Below are positions 39,426-53,337 of a stretch of DNA of 64,000 nucleotides, piece after piece. Positions within the stretch are counted from its first letter, which is position 1; each line of letters begins with the position of its first letter. The stretch comes from Eledone cirrhosa (Eukaryota): positions 19,406,001 through 19,470,000 of the forward strand of contig OZ024762.1 in the NCBI GenBank assembly GCA_964016885.1. Reading direction: 5' to 3'. The notes beneath the pieces were generated by a model that made no database searches, had not been told where the DNA came from, and worked only from the letters and a program-made list of their open reading frames with translations. The translations under genes were made by a program, and so were the position numbers.

Positions 39426-39997
39426 CACACACACACACACACAGCTCTAGGAATGATAGTTATTCAATATAAAAAAATAATAATGACCAAATCAGAATCA
39501 CGATTGATTTGTCTTTATATACACGAATTGCTTTTATTTCGAAAAAGCAGTGTAAAAGCCAGGTAAAGAATAGCAAAAAAATGCAAACCCAACCCAACCC
39601 AACCCAACCCAACCCAACCCAACCAGTCCCTGAACACTGTTAAAAGGTGGTGTAAAGTGCGAAGGTGTAGAAATGCGGCAGGTGCTTGTTTTCTTTTGTT
39701 ACCTTCTTGTTATCTTTTTGTGTCTTTCTTGACGACGTTCGGATAGTTTTCTTTTTTCTTCTTCTTCGAAGAAATTCTTGTTTATAGACCAATTCTTTTT
39801 AGGGTGAAATTTTTAGGAGATTTCAATGTGGAATTATTATTCGTAATGGTGTTGCTATTAATTCAATAACATCTTTGTAAGTTCAATGTGAAGAACTTTC
39901 TTTTCTTTTAGAATCAGTTCGGTCGTGATTATGTAAAGTCCTTTTTTTTCTTGGTTTGTTTGTTTTTTGTAATTTGTATTTTGTTTATTAAATTTTT

Positions 39998-40041
<44 letters not shown>

Positions 40042-40044
40042 TTA

Positions 40045-40075
<31 letters not shown>

Positions 40076-40204
40076 TGCATTATACCATCTTCTATAGCAG
40101 TACCTTCTTGTTTGTAACTGAATGATAATACATAGCATATCGTATAGACCATACAGTAAAAGCCAATTTCTAAGATGTTTTTGCCTGGTTTGTTTAGGAG
40201 AAAA

Positions 40205-40685
40205 TGGTATATCGTAGTCACACCATGGTGTTTGATATATTTCTGAGAAGGGGGTGTTGTTGATGTTGAAGTTGTTGTTATCATGTATGAAGAAGTGTTT
40301 GTCTGGAATATACTGCTATATGATAGCCACACCATGGTGTTTGATATATTTCTGAGAAGACGGTGTTGTTGATTCTGTTGTTGAAGAAGTGTTTGTCTGG
40401 AATAAACTGGTATATCATAGCCACACCATGGTGTTTGATATATTTCTGAGAAGACGGTGTTGTTGATTCTGTTGTTGAAGAAGTGTTTGTCTGGAATAAA
40501 CTGGTATATCATAGCCACACCATGGTGTTTGATATATTTCTGAGAAGACGGTGTTGTTGATTCTGTTGTTGTAGTTGTTGAAGAAGTGTTTGTCTGGAAT
40601 AAACTGCTATATGATCGATACACCATGATGTACGACATATTTCTAAGATGTTGTTGATGTTATGGTGTATGAAGATGTTTGTCTA
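40205..40685. repeat. About 94-bp tandem repeat (about 5 units)
   Basis: Recurring accatggtgtttgatatatttctgagaagacggtgttgttgattctgttgttgaagaagtgtttgtctggaataaactg. Confidence 0.88.
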
Positions 40686-40689
40686 GAAA

Positions 40690-40880
40690 ATAATTGTTTT
40701 TACCTTTGGCACAGGGCCAGCAATTACCCAGTGTATTACTGGTACTTTATTTTATCGACCCCGTAAGGATGAAAGGCAAAGTTAACCTCAGCGGGATTTG
40801 AACTCAGAATAGCAAAGGCCGTAACTCTATGCGTCAAAGCATGGCGTCCGACCCTCTACCTATACTGACAATCCACTGCC
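40690..40880 (-). mobile_element. SINE family 2
   Basis: Full-length match to the other copies; a partial second copy lies at 40900-40965. Confidence 0.85.
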
Positions 40881-41565
40881 CTAATTTGCCTAGAAAATAA
40901 ATGTTTCTACTTTTTGGCACAAGGCCAGCAATTACCCAGTGCATTACTGGTACTTTATTTTATCGCCCCCCCCCCCCCCCCCCTAGAAAATAATAGTATA
41001 TGATATATTTCTGAGAAGTGGTTATTGTTGTTGTTACAGCTTTATATTTGTGTAAGTTTAGTTGGCCTCATAGGCTGTCTCTAGCATTTTATATTAATGG
41101 CACCAGTCATAACATAGAGACATAGTCCTAGCAAGATGTCTTTCACTGGCCTAGTTGTTGGGGTGTTTGATTCAATGACAAAATCCTGAGTTTTATTCCT
41201 GGCTATTTGTTGTGTCCTTGAACAAAACACTTTTATTTCACATTATTCCACTCACCTGGCAAAAGTGAGTCTTACCTTCAATTCAAAGAGTTAGTCTTTT
41301 CACACAGCACGTCACTATGAGTCACTCTGTGAAATATATTGAGGTTTCATGTACTTGGAATTCAAAGTGATGGCTTTGTTTCACACACACAGTCATACTG
41401 TGTCACACTGAATCTCCCTGAGAACTACAAGGCTACATATAATTCAAAGTGCTAGCTTTTACCCCCCCCCCCCCCCACACACACGTACACAACCACACAT
41501 GGTGCCACACTGAATCTCCTTGAGAATTGCATTGAGGTTGCCTGTTATTCAAAGTGATAGATTTT

Positions 41566-41601
<36 letters not shown>

Positions 41602-43539
41602 GTGTGTTACACTGGATCTCCCTGAAAACTACATCAAGGTTACATGTACCTGTAATTCAAAGTGATTGCTTTGCCATGTGCTCATACACATACACACACA
41701 CACACACACATACACATGCACACATACACACACACACACATACACACACACTCACAGTGTCATACTGAATCGCCCTGATAACTACATTGAGGTTACACAT
41801 GATTGTATAATAACTCAGCTACTTACACATTAGAGTGTTGTTTTTCCTCCCCGAGGGAGCTGTTCCGCTTCATTGAATAACTGGAGCACTGATCATTGTA
41901 AACTGGAGTGTTCATCTATCTGATAGCTGCTGATTGTGAAGTTTGTTGTAGGCTAGAAATGACTTACTATACCTTGAGAGAGAGGGCGAGAGGGAGATTG
42001 AGAGACAGGGCGAGAGGGAGATTGAGAGAGAGGGCGAGAGGGAGATAGATAGAGAGAGACAGAGTAGAGAGAGGGAGAGACAGACAGGCAGAGGGAGAGA
42101 GAGAGAAAGTCAGATAGACAGACAGGGAGAGAGAAAGAGAGACAGATAGACAGGCACAGAGAGAGAGAGAGACAGATACAGGCAGAAAGAGAGAGAGAGA
42201 GAGAGAGATAGAAAGAGAGGGGGATGAGGGACGGAAGGAGAGACAGACAGACGGAGAGCGGGAGAGCGAGCTTCAGACAGAGAGAGAGAGAGATACTGAC
42301 AGACAGACAGGCGGGGAGAAGGAGACAGGAGGGAGAGACAAACAAACAGGGAAAGAGAAAGAGAGAGTTAAGAATAAAGCCAGAGGATTATAAATAAATT
42401 GTATTCACTAAGTGAGTGTATGGGTGGTTAGGTGGGTTGCTCGGTCAGTGAGTGATTCATTAGTATCTATTTACAAACCCTCCACAGTAATGGATACACA
42501 TTTCCTCTGCCATGCCCACCACCACAACAGAAGTCTCTCCACTTAACCTATTGATTTTAGTATTTTGTTTTTATGTTTGTATGTATGTTTTTATCTTTCT
42601 TATCTATCAGACATCCATAAAGGAGTGTGTTTATTTTAGACAGTGGATCAATCGTTTCTGATTCCATCCTAATTTCCTATCAGTGTTATTTGATGAAAAC
42701 AAACAAACAACAACAACAACAACAACAACAACAAAATGTAATCAAAATGAAAACCCATCTGATTTTGATTGATCTCTCCTCTATCTATAAAACTCTGTGC
42801 TAAATTCCTATGATGAAAAATCACTGACTGTGTATTCTATATTCTCCGTTCTGTATCATAAGTTGGTTGTGGTTTACAACATTGAGGGTGTGGCAATCAT
42901 AGCTGTGTGGTTAGGGAGTTTGCTTTGCAACCATATGGTTCTGGGTTAAGTCCCACCACGGTGTCGCAACTTGCTCAACTTGGTGTCCTCTACTATAACC
43001 TTGGGTAAGGGTAAATCAATGTCTTCCAAATGGAATTTGGTTGGCGTAAACTATTTTGGAGCCCCTCATTGTATAATCTTCTTCTGCGCCCACTTATTCC
43101 TGAGAGGGCCATGGGGGCAGAGTCCTCAAACATACCTTCCAGCTGGTCCTGTCAGAAGCAACAATTTCCAACTGATCCGGGTGGATCCCCAAGCGAGGCC
43201 AACCAAGCTTGGGGTTTACCCCTGGTTTTCCTGCTGGTTGGTTTTTTCCTGCAAAATATAGATAGAGCCGATACCATGACACCCATCAACATTACTATTA
43301 ATTGTTCCTAACATTGGCTCAAGGCCATCAATTTGGGGGCAGGGAAAAATTTATATCCTACTTCTGCACCCACTTATTCCTGAGAGTGTTGTAGGGGCAG
43401 AGTCCTCAAACACTCCTTCCACAGGTCCTGTCAGAAGCAACCGTTTCCAAATGATCCGCCTGGATATCTCAGTGAGACTACCCAAGTCCACGGATGTTAT
43501 CCAACTATCTTACTTGGGGTTTATTCCTGGGTTTCCTGC

Positions 43540-44180
43540 TGGTTAGTTTTGCCCATAAATTCTGTCCAGCGATTCTTTCCTGAGACGTTCTAACCACATG
43601 TCCATAGTATCAGAGCTGTGATCTCTCAATTCAGAGAAGTAGCGGCTCCACCTGGAGTGACTCTCTGATCTCTGAGCTATAAATCTGTCCAGCGATTCTT
43701 TCCTGAGACGTTCTAACCACATGTCCATAGTATCAGAGCTGTAATCTCTCAATTCAGAGAAGTAGCGGCTCCACCTGGAGTGACTCTCTGATCTCTGAGC
43801 TACACACTCTATTGAGTAAGTTTACTCCAAATACCCTCTGGAGGAACCCCATTTCGGCCGCTTGTATTCGTGATCAGATTTTTTCAGTCCATTACTCAAG
43901 ATTCATGACCATAGGTAAGGATTGGCACAAATACCAAATTGAAGATAGTGTGTTTGGCTTTTTACACCTACCTCCCTTCTTCTGATTACTGAATGCTGAA
44001 GCTGATGCATTACTGCACCAGTTCCTGCAATTCTTGCACTTAATTAATTCAGCCACCTGCCTTCCATCATTCGTGAATACAGCCCCGAGATACTTGAACT
44101 TCTCTACCTCCTTCAGTGGAACTCCATTCACATGTAGTGTGCATTTGCGCAGGCTTCCTTGAGTGGATGAGCATCTCAGT
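43540..44180 (-). pseudogene. Degenerate RTE LINE fragments with an internal duplication of about 123 bp
   Basis: LKEVEKFKYLGAVFTNDGRQ (RT thumb region) at 44060-44130; a duplicated block at 43556-43802. Confidence 0.65.
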
Positions 44181-44340
44181 TTAGCTTTTGCCTTTCATCC
44201 TTACAGGGTCGATAAAATAAAGCACCAGTAATGCATTGGGATCGGTTTTATCAACGCCCCCCCCCCCCCCCCATTGCTGGCCTTGTGCCTCTAGTAGAGA
44301 TCATTATTATTATTATTTTTATTTTATTTATTTATTCATT

Positions 44341-44432
<92 letters not shown>

Positions 44433-44494
44433 CATATATATATATATTTATATATATATATACATATATATATATATTTATATATATATATATT

Positions 44495-44556
<62 letters not shown>

Positions 44557-44649
44557 ATTCGCCTCTATATTTAAACCAGTACGCAGATATCTTAAAAGCT
44601 TTTCTCTGTTGCCTTACTTAATGTACCTTTCTCAAGGTATTAATGATGA

Positions 44650-45422
44650 GCGATGGTGGTGGGTGTGGTGGGTGTGGTGGGTGTGGTGATGGTGGTGGTG
44701 GTGGTGGTGGGTGTGGTGGTGGTGGTGGTGGTAGTGGTGGGTGTGGTGATGGTAGTGGTGGTGGTGGGTGTGGTGATGGTGGGTATAGTGGTGGGTGTGG
44801 TGATGGTGGTGGTGGTGGGTGTGCTGGGTGTGGTGATGGTGGTGGTAGTGGTGGGTGTGGTGATGGTAGTGGTGGTGGCTGTGGTGGTGGTGGTGGTGGT
44901 GGTGGGTGTGGTGATGGTAGTGGTGGTGGCTGTGGTAGTGGTGGGTGTGGTGATGGTAGTGGTGGTGGCTGTGGTGGTGGTAGTGGTGGGTGTGGTAGTG
45001 GTGGTGGTGGTTGTAGTGGTGCTGGTGATGGTAATGGTTGTGGTAGTGGTGGTGGGTGTGGTGGTAGTGGTGGGTGTGGTGATGGTAGTGTTGGTGGTAG
45101 TGGTGGGTGTGGTGATGGTAGTGGTGAGTGTGGTGATGGTAGTGGTGGTGCTGCTGGTGGTTGTAGTGGTTGTAGTGGTGATGGTAGTGGTGGTGGTGGG
45201 TGTGGTGATGGTAGTGGTGGTGGTGGGTGTGGTGGTGGTGGTGGATGTGGTGGATGTGGTGGTAGTGGTGGATGTGGTGGTAGTGGTGGATGTGGTGATG
45301 GTAGTGGTGGTGGTAGTGGTGGTGATGGTGGCGGTAGAGGAGGTGGTGGGTGTGGTAGAGGTGGTGGAGGTGATGGTGGAGGCGGTAGTGGTAGTGGTAG
45401 TGCTGCTGGTGGTGGTGGTAGT
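44650..45422. repeat. (GGT)n-rich tract
   Basis: Simple repeat; source of the poly-G/poly-V ORFs. Confidence 0.95.
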
Positions 45423-45723
45423 TAAGATAATATGGTTATGGCTTAGAGACTTTATTTAAAAGATACATAAGTCATCATATGCTGATATTTTATGAGGTAC
45501 AGTTGTCAATTAACGTATCATCGTCCCCCTCCACCCTCTTGCTTTACTCTTTTTTCAAACTTGTATTCATATATATGTATGTATATATATATATATATAT
45601 ATGTCTATATATATATGTATATATGTATGTATGTGTATATACATGTGTATATATACACATGTATGTATGTGTATATATGTATGTGTATATATATATGTAT
45701 GTATGTGTATATATATATGTATG

Positions 45724-45762
<39 letters not shown>

Positions 45763-46031
45763 TGTATATATATATGTATGTATATATATGTATATATGTA
45801 TATATTGTATATATATGTATGTATATATATATATGTATGTATATATATGTATATATGTATATATATATTGTATATATATATTGTATATATATATATATGT
45901 ATGTATATATATGTATATATATATTGTATATATGTATCTATATATGTATATATATATATATGTATATATGTATGTATATATGTATATATATATATATGTA
46001 TATATGTATAATATATATATATATATGTATA

Positions 46032-46109
<78 letters not shown>

Positions 46110-46596
46110 TGTATACACGGTTCAAGAGTAAACCAATCTTAAAGAGAGAGATGGAGATAGGAAGATAGGAGAGGAGAAGAGAGATTGGTGAATTTGTTAG
46201 AAGCCAAAAGCGTAAAGGCATGTGCTCAATGTGCAATATGCAGTGGAAGGCAGCTAGATGGCTGGGTTCATGCAGAGGTTAGGTGCACAGAGCTGGAAAT
46301 ATTCATTAGTTAAGCAAAACAAGTTTAGATGATTAAATCCTTTATTGATAAGGCTGTGATACATATTTCGAGGACGACAAATGGTTATGCAATTCAGTGT
46401 AGAAGCTAGTGCCATGCTCTCTTCAGAGAGCATCTTACATAATAAAGTTATAATCAAGGAGGTAATCCAAAATTGAAGTGGCGAGGGAATGGACAATGTT
46501 CATTAATTGATGGAATGTTCATTAATTGATGCCTGTTCCCTTGTTGTTCCCAATGTCAACAACTTTATCATCTAAACTTTGTATTTCCTTATTCTA

Positions 46597-48300
46597 TCAT
46601 CATCATCATCATCATCAACGTTTAACGTCCGTGTTCCACGCTTGCATGGGTTTGGACGGGGGTTTTCCCACTTGAGGCAAGAGTGATTATCTTGCTCGCA
46701 TAGGACTGTCTGGCGGGTTTTCTACAGCTGGATGCCCTTCCTAACACCAACCACATTTACAGTGTGGGGCTGGGAGGTTTTTACCGTGTTGCCTACACGG
46801 CCACATTACAGCGTGGACTGTCTGGCGGGTTTTCTACAGCTGGATGCCCTTCCTAACACCAACCACATTTACAGTGTGGGGCTGGGAGGTTTTTACCGTG
46901 TTGCCTACACGGCCACATTACAGCATGAACTGTGTGTTTTTTTGTCGTGACACCTACATGATCTCATTTGTTTCGGCCTGGATGTTGTGGCACCAACATA
47001 ACTTTACATTGAAAGGGGCGGTGTGGATGGGGTGGGGGTGGTGGGACGGGGGTGTATTTTGTTAGAGATGCCTACTGACTGTAGTAGGTTTTACTTTGTA
47101 TTTAGGTAAGGCGGGTCTTCTCTATTACTGAGTACCGCCAAAGGTCTCGGTCCAGTGACATTGTCTTGGTGAGGTGTAAGTGTGTGAGGTCGGAATTTAT
47201 CAGCTCGTCCCAGGTCTTTCTGGGTCTGCCTATTCCGTGGCTACCGTCTATCTTTATTGCCCTGCACTTTGTTATACAGCTATCGTCTTTCATGCGCATC
47301 ACGTGACCATACCAACGTAGCCTTCTCTCGAGTAAACAACATCTGATCCCTCTTATTTCTAATTTTTTCCTTAGTTCGTTTATGCTTTGCCGTTCACGTA
47401 TATTACTATTACACATCCAGCGGAGCATGCAAGCTTCGTTTCTCTCTAGTCTGCGTATATCCTCTGCACACAATGCCCAGGTCTCACTGCCATGCAACAT
47501 TGCTGTTCGTATGCAGGCATCATACAACCTGCCTTTCATTTTTAGGGAGAACCCTTTAGCGGCTAATAGTGGTATAAGCTCTCTGAACTTTTTCCATCCA
47601 GTTCTGACTCTAGCTACTGTACTTTCAGAGCACCCTCTCCCACTGCTGATTTTGTCACCCAGGTAACTGAAGCTGTCCACTATTTCTATAGAACCCTCTG
47701 CGCAGTTGAAAGAGCTAGTATTTTGTGGGCACTTGCTACTTATTGCACCAGAGCACCGGCCACATGTAAAATCTATGTTCTTAGTTAGCTTACCTGTGAT
47801 CCCACTACATCTTTTATGCACCCATACTTTGCATTTGGGACACAAAATGGAGTTTCTACCTACGCCTTTCCTACACACTGAGCATGGCCACTTCCCGGAA
47901 GGGACCGCCGCCTTATTTTCTTTCTTACAAACTAGAACTTTAGTCTTAGCCAGGTTAATTTTAAGGCCTTTTGATTCTAGGCCGTGCTTCCATGTTTGGA
48001 ATTTCTTCTCTAGCTCGGCCATTGATTCAGCTATGAGTGTTAGGTCATCTGCGTATAGGAGTTCCCATGGGCAACCGGTCTTGAACTCCTCTATTATAGC
48101 CTGAAGGGCAATAATAAATAGTAGGGGGCTGAGAACAGAGCCCTGATGGACGCCAACTTTTACGCTAAACTCTTCACTATATTTGTTGTTAATTCTAACC
48201 TTGCTGACTGTTTCTTTATACATGGCTTGTATAGCTCTCACAAGCCATTCGTCAACACCTAGTTTTCTAAGAGCCCACCAGATAATGGAACGGGGGACTC

Positions 48301-48304
<4 letters not shown>
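46597..48304 (-). mobile_element. 5'-truncated RTE-clade LINE
   Basis: RT ORF followed by a 3' UTR of about 500 bp, containing a 112-bp duplication (46704-46925) and ending gacgttaaacgtt(gat)n. The 5' break abuts (TA)n. Confidence 0.92.
47102..48304 (-). CDS. RTE non-LTR reverse transcriptase, C-terminal about 400 aa, uninterrupted
   Basis: DRVPRSIIWWALRKLGV, GVHQGSVLSPLLF, LLYADDL, YLG, RLRWYGHVMR and GRPRKTW motifs; no stop codon or frameshift; no start (truncated). Confidence 0.92.
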
Positions 48305-48346
<42 letters not shown>

Positions 48347-48645
48347 ATCACCATCATCATCATTTTACGTCCGCTTTTCCCTGCTTGCAAGGGTGGGATG
48401 GGAACTGATTCTGGCTTGATTTCTACAGCTGGATGCCCTTCCTAACACCAACCTCATTTACAGTGAGTGCTGGGTGCTTTTTTGCATTGGCACCTCCACG
48501 ACCACTTTGCAGTGGAATGATAGGGACCCCAGTCCTTATCATCTCATTTCTACAGCTGAGTAAACTGGAGCATTGTGAAATAAAGTGTCTTGCTCAAGGA
48601 AGCAACACATCACCCGGTCTGAGAATTGAACTCACAACCTTTCGA
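48347..48645 (-). mobile_element. SINE family 1, head truncated
   Basis: Near-identical to 4251-4560. Confidence 0.85.
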
Positions 48646-49065
48646 TATATATGATATATATTAAACAGATGTTTCCATTGGTCTTTCCACTGCTGATACT
48701 ATCTACCGGTTGCTGGTTGCAACCTCTGGCAGAAAGAGCAACGTGAAATAAAGTGACTTGCTGAGGGATCTAACACATCACCCAGTCTGGGAATCAAACT
48801 TATAACCTCACGATTGCGAATCTAATTCTCTTACCACTAAGTCACATGCCTTCCCAATAAGTTGGGTGAATTTCGTTGGGGTACCATCAGTAAGAAGGCC
48901 ATCATGTTCTCTCAACCCAATGTTTCTATGGCTGGATGTTCTTCCTACCACCAACCATATTTTCTATTATTGGATACCCTTCCTGACACCAACCACCTTA
49001 CATAGTCTACTATATTGTATCCATATATTGATAGCATGTGTTTTTATATAAACATTATGTGTGTG

Positions 49066-49100
<35 letters not shown>

Positions 49101-49112
49101 CATCATCATCAT

Positions 49113-51026
49113 CATATATTAACAATCTCGCCAACAACAACCCTGAGCACCTTTTTGATCTCCATCTGTCTAACACATGTGGACATGCCCACTAAGTCAG
49201 AAAACAGCACAGCTCCCATGACTTTCGGAAACATTTTCTCACGCTTAGAGTTGCTGAAGCATGGAACAAACTACCTGCATCAGTTGTTAGCTGTTAAGAC
49301 ACTGCATCCTTTAAAACCTCCATGGAACAAACTACCTGCATCAGTTGTTAGCTGTCGAGACACTGCATCCTTTAAAACCTCCATGGAACAAACTACCTGC
49401 ATCAGTTGTTAGCTGTCAAGACACTGCATCCTTTAAAACCTCCATGGAACAAACTACCTGCATCAGTTGTTAGCTGTTAAGACACTGCATCCTTTAAAAC
49501 CTCCATGGAACAAACTACCTGCATCAGTTGTTAGCTGTCGAGACACTGCATCCTTTAAAACCTCCATCGAACAAACTACCTGCATCAGTTGTTAGCTGTC
49601 GAGACACTGCATCCTTTAAAACCTCCATCGAACAAACTACCTGCATCAGTTGTTAGCTGTTAAGACACTGCATCCTTTAAAACCTCCATGGAACAAACTA
49701 CCTGCATCAGTTGTTAGCTGTCGAGACACTGCATCCTTTAAAACCTCCATCGAACAAACTACCTGCATCAGTTGTTAGCTGTCGAGACACTGCATCCTTT
49801 AAAACCTCCATCGAACAAACTACCTGCATCAGTTGTTAGCTGTCGAGACACTGCATCCTTTAAAACCTCCATCGAACAAACTACCTGCATCAGTTGTTAG
49901 CTGTCGAGACACTGCATCCTTTAAAACCTCCATCGAACAAACTACCTGCATCAGTTGTTAGCTGTCGAGACACTGCATCCTTTAAAACCTCCATGGAACA
50001 AACTACCTGCATCAGTTGTTAGCTGTCGAGACACTGCATCCTTTAAAACCTCCATGGAACAAACTACCTGCATCAGTTGTTAGCTGTTAAGACACTGCAT
50101 CCTTTAAAACCTCCATGGAACAAACTACCTGCATCAGTTGTTAGCTGTCGAGACACTGCATCCTTTAAAACCTCCATCGAACAAACTACCTGCATCAGTT
50201 GTTAGCTGTCGAGACACTGCATCCTTTAAAACCTCCATCGAACAAACTACCTGCATCAGTTGTTAGCTGTTAAGACACTGCATCCTTTAAAACCTCCATG
50301 GAACAAACTACCTGCATCAGTTGTTAGCTGTTAAGACACTGCATCCTTTAAAACCTCCATGGAACAAACTACCTGCATCAGTTGTTAGCTGTTAAGACAC
50401 TGCATCCTTTAAAACCTCCATGGAACAAACTACCTGCATCAGTTGTTAGCTGTTAAGACACTGCATCCTTTAAAACCTCCATGGAACAAACTACCTGCAT
50501 CAGTTGTTAGCTGTTAAGACACTGCATCCTTTAAAACCTCCATGGAACAAACTACCTGCATCAGTTGTTAGCTGTTAAGACACTGCATCCTTTAAAACCT
50601 CCATGGAACAAACTACCTGCATCAGTTGTTAGCTGTTAAGACACTGCATCCTTTAAAACCTCCATGGAACAAACTACCTGCATCAGTTGTTAGCTGTCGA
50701 GACACTGCATCCTTTAAAACCTCCATGGAACAAACTACCTGCATCAGTTGTTAGCTGTTAAGACACTGCATCCTTTAAAACCTCCATGGAACAAACTACC
50801 TGCATCAGTTGTTAGCTGTCGAGACACTGCATCCTTTAAAACCCTCATGCTTGCCGAAATTCGCCAACACTACACCTGATGTACCCCTTCCATACACATG
50901 CACACATGTGTATATCATGACTCATGCACTGTTCATTTTCCTGACGTTTGTACATTACCCTATGTACTATACATGCACCTTTGATGAGTTGTAGTGCACC
51001 TGAGCACTGTACACAATATTTTTATT

Positions 51027-51041
<15 letters not shown>
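49113..51041 (+). mobile_element. CR1/L2-group LINE 3' end with an internal satellite expansion
   Basis: ...NTCGHAH*VRKQHSSHDFRKHFLTLRVAEAWNKLPASVVSCRDTASFKTLMLAEIRQHYT* is a CR1-type C-terminus, followed by a short 3' UTR and an (ATT)n tail. Confidence 0.8.
49260..50847. repeat. 61-bp tandem array (about 26 near-identical units)
   Basis: Unit catggaacaaactacctgcatcagttgttagctgtcgagacactgcatcctttaaaacctc. Confidence 0.97.
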
Positions 51042-51058
<17 letters not shown>

Positions 51059-51201
51059 TATACATACACACAGCGATTCTTTGCTTAAACTTTAATCTGT
51101 TATTTTAATATATATTTGCTCTATGGTTTTATATATTTATATATATATATATTATCCTTATCGAGACCTCTTCGGATTTTAGTCTTCACATTTATTATTA
51201 T

Positions 51202-51253
<52 letters not shown>

Positions 51254-51271
51254 ATAGCATTGTACAGATAC

Positions 51272-51309
<38 letters not shown>

Positions 51310-51813
51310 CAGAAATAGCCGTCGAAACGGCTTGAGCTCTGCCGTCGGGGTCATACTTTCTCCTATTACCTAGTCTACTACCCTAAGTATTGAGTACGCT
51401 GGTGCGTTATGGTCCATCGGGTTCCTTACCACACCTATCGGGTTCCTATGTATGTAAATGGTTGATGCACACACACACACATTTACATATGCACTCCTAT
51501 AAATGGATATAGATATATATATACAAACACACACACACACACACACACATCTACAAATGCACTCCTATAAATGGGTGTAGATATATATATACATACACAC
51601 ACACACACACTCATTTTTATATATATATATACACACACACATTTATATATATATATATATACACACATATATATATATACACACACTCATACACACAAAC
51701 ACATATATATATACACACATACATATATACATGCACATGCCCATATATAAGCAAGTGCAATACAGGAATATAGAGATTTTTCAAGTAAATGAAAATGAAG
51801 AAAATAAATAGAA

Positions 51814-51850
<37 letters not shown>

Positions 51851-52190
51851 AATAGATGAAAGCGGTAGTATATAAAAATACCTGGTAATCTCTTGAACTT
51901 TTCAATTTATAGATGAAAGAAATATTTCCATATTTCTGTTTTGGCTATCCTAGAGACAAATATAGATAAAATACTGTTAAACAGCCCTCACACACACCAT
52001 AAAACTCCTACCAACATAACACAAGAACAGGTGAAAAAATCTTTAAGGAAATTCTATTTGAAAAAACGAAAATATTTAAATGTTGATTTTTCTGTGATTT
52101 TCTCTAAAGAAATTTCAATATTTGAGAAGAAATGAATAAGAAAATAGAAGCAATGAATGAATGATATATTACAATGTATATGGAATATTA

Positions 52191-52243
<53 letters not shown>

Positions 52244-52383
52244 CACGCACACACACACGCATATATATCATCATTATCATCATTTTACGTCCCCTTATAT
52301 ACATAACCGTGTGTCTGTGTGTGTATATATATATATATAGAGAGAAAATTGATATATATATGCATACATACAAATTATGTGGG

Positions 52384-52417
<34 letters not shown>

Positions 52418-52994
52418 AACACAGAAACGAATATATATAGATGTATGTACACACACACACACACATATATATATACACACTCACACAGAAAATTAAAGGA
52501 ATTCTGAAATCTCATGGCAAATGAAAATAAGAAAAATACCTATTTAGACCTTCTTAAAATATATAAATATACCTGCGAAATTATTTTGATCTTTCAGTAA
52601 ACAAGTTAAAAGTGATAAAATTCTCCAGAGAATGGTAATAAGTTCAGTTTTTGTAACAAGGTTCTCCAGAACTAACTAAACAATCTTCTTTATATTAATG
52701 AAGTTAGTTTTTTCCTTAAATATAGGTGCAACGGTCATTGCAGTCTGTTTAACCCTTTCATTACTATATTCCAAATGAGATACATTATATTTCAATTAAT
52801 TAATTAAGAATTTGGAGAGATTTACTAAAATTATCAAGCATTTCATTATATATATATATATAATGAAATACTTGATAATTTTAGTAAATCAGGGTGACCG
52901 GCTGAAGTTGAAGGAACAGAATAGCGGTCGCCCTCGGGTCCTCGATTTTCAGCCCCATGGATTTTATCTATTAGATTCACGTATTATATTTCGA

Positions 52995-53052
52995 ATACCT
53001 GATGATATCACCGGATTCATACGGAACCCGGTCATTGAAATGATCATAGTAT
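52995..53052 (+). ncRNA. Minimal type I hammerhead (family G)
   Basis: atac-CTGATGA-tatcaccgg...ccggtcatt-GAAA-tgatca-TA-gtat; palindromic stem III, AUA site. Confidence 0.8.
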
Positions 53053-53098
53053 ATTAAACCTTTCAAGGATTTACACAAATCCAGCCTCCTGTCATTTC

Positions 53099-53159
<61 letters not shown>

Positions 53160-53197
53160 TTGCGAGGTTTTTTATATGAAATCGTGTGTTGAAACAA

Positions 53198-53332
53198 ATA
53201 TTGTTATACTTGGGGAGGGTCATATTTGTGTAATATTGCCAGAAAAGCGAAAACCAACCAAACAGTGTGTGTGTTCTGTTATTAATTCTGGCAATATTAC
53301 ACAAATATGACCCTCCCCAAGTATAACAATAT
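53198..53332. repeat. Perfect inverted repeat (about 47-bp arms)
   Basis: atattgttatacttggggagggtcatatttgtgtaatattgccagaa and its reverse complement, about 40 bp apart. Confidence 0.85.
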
Positions 53333-53337
53333 ATATA

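Noticed and set aside
49260-50847. CRISPR-like regular array
   Set aside because: Units are contiguous with no unique spacers, there are no cas genes, and the context is eukaryotic. The same applies to the arrays at 486-2765 and 4733-5080.
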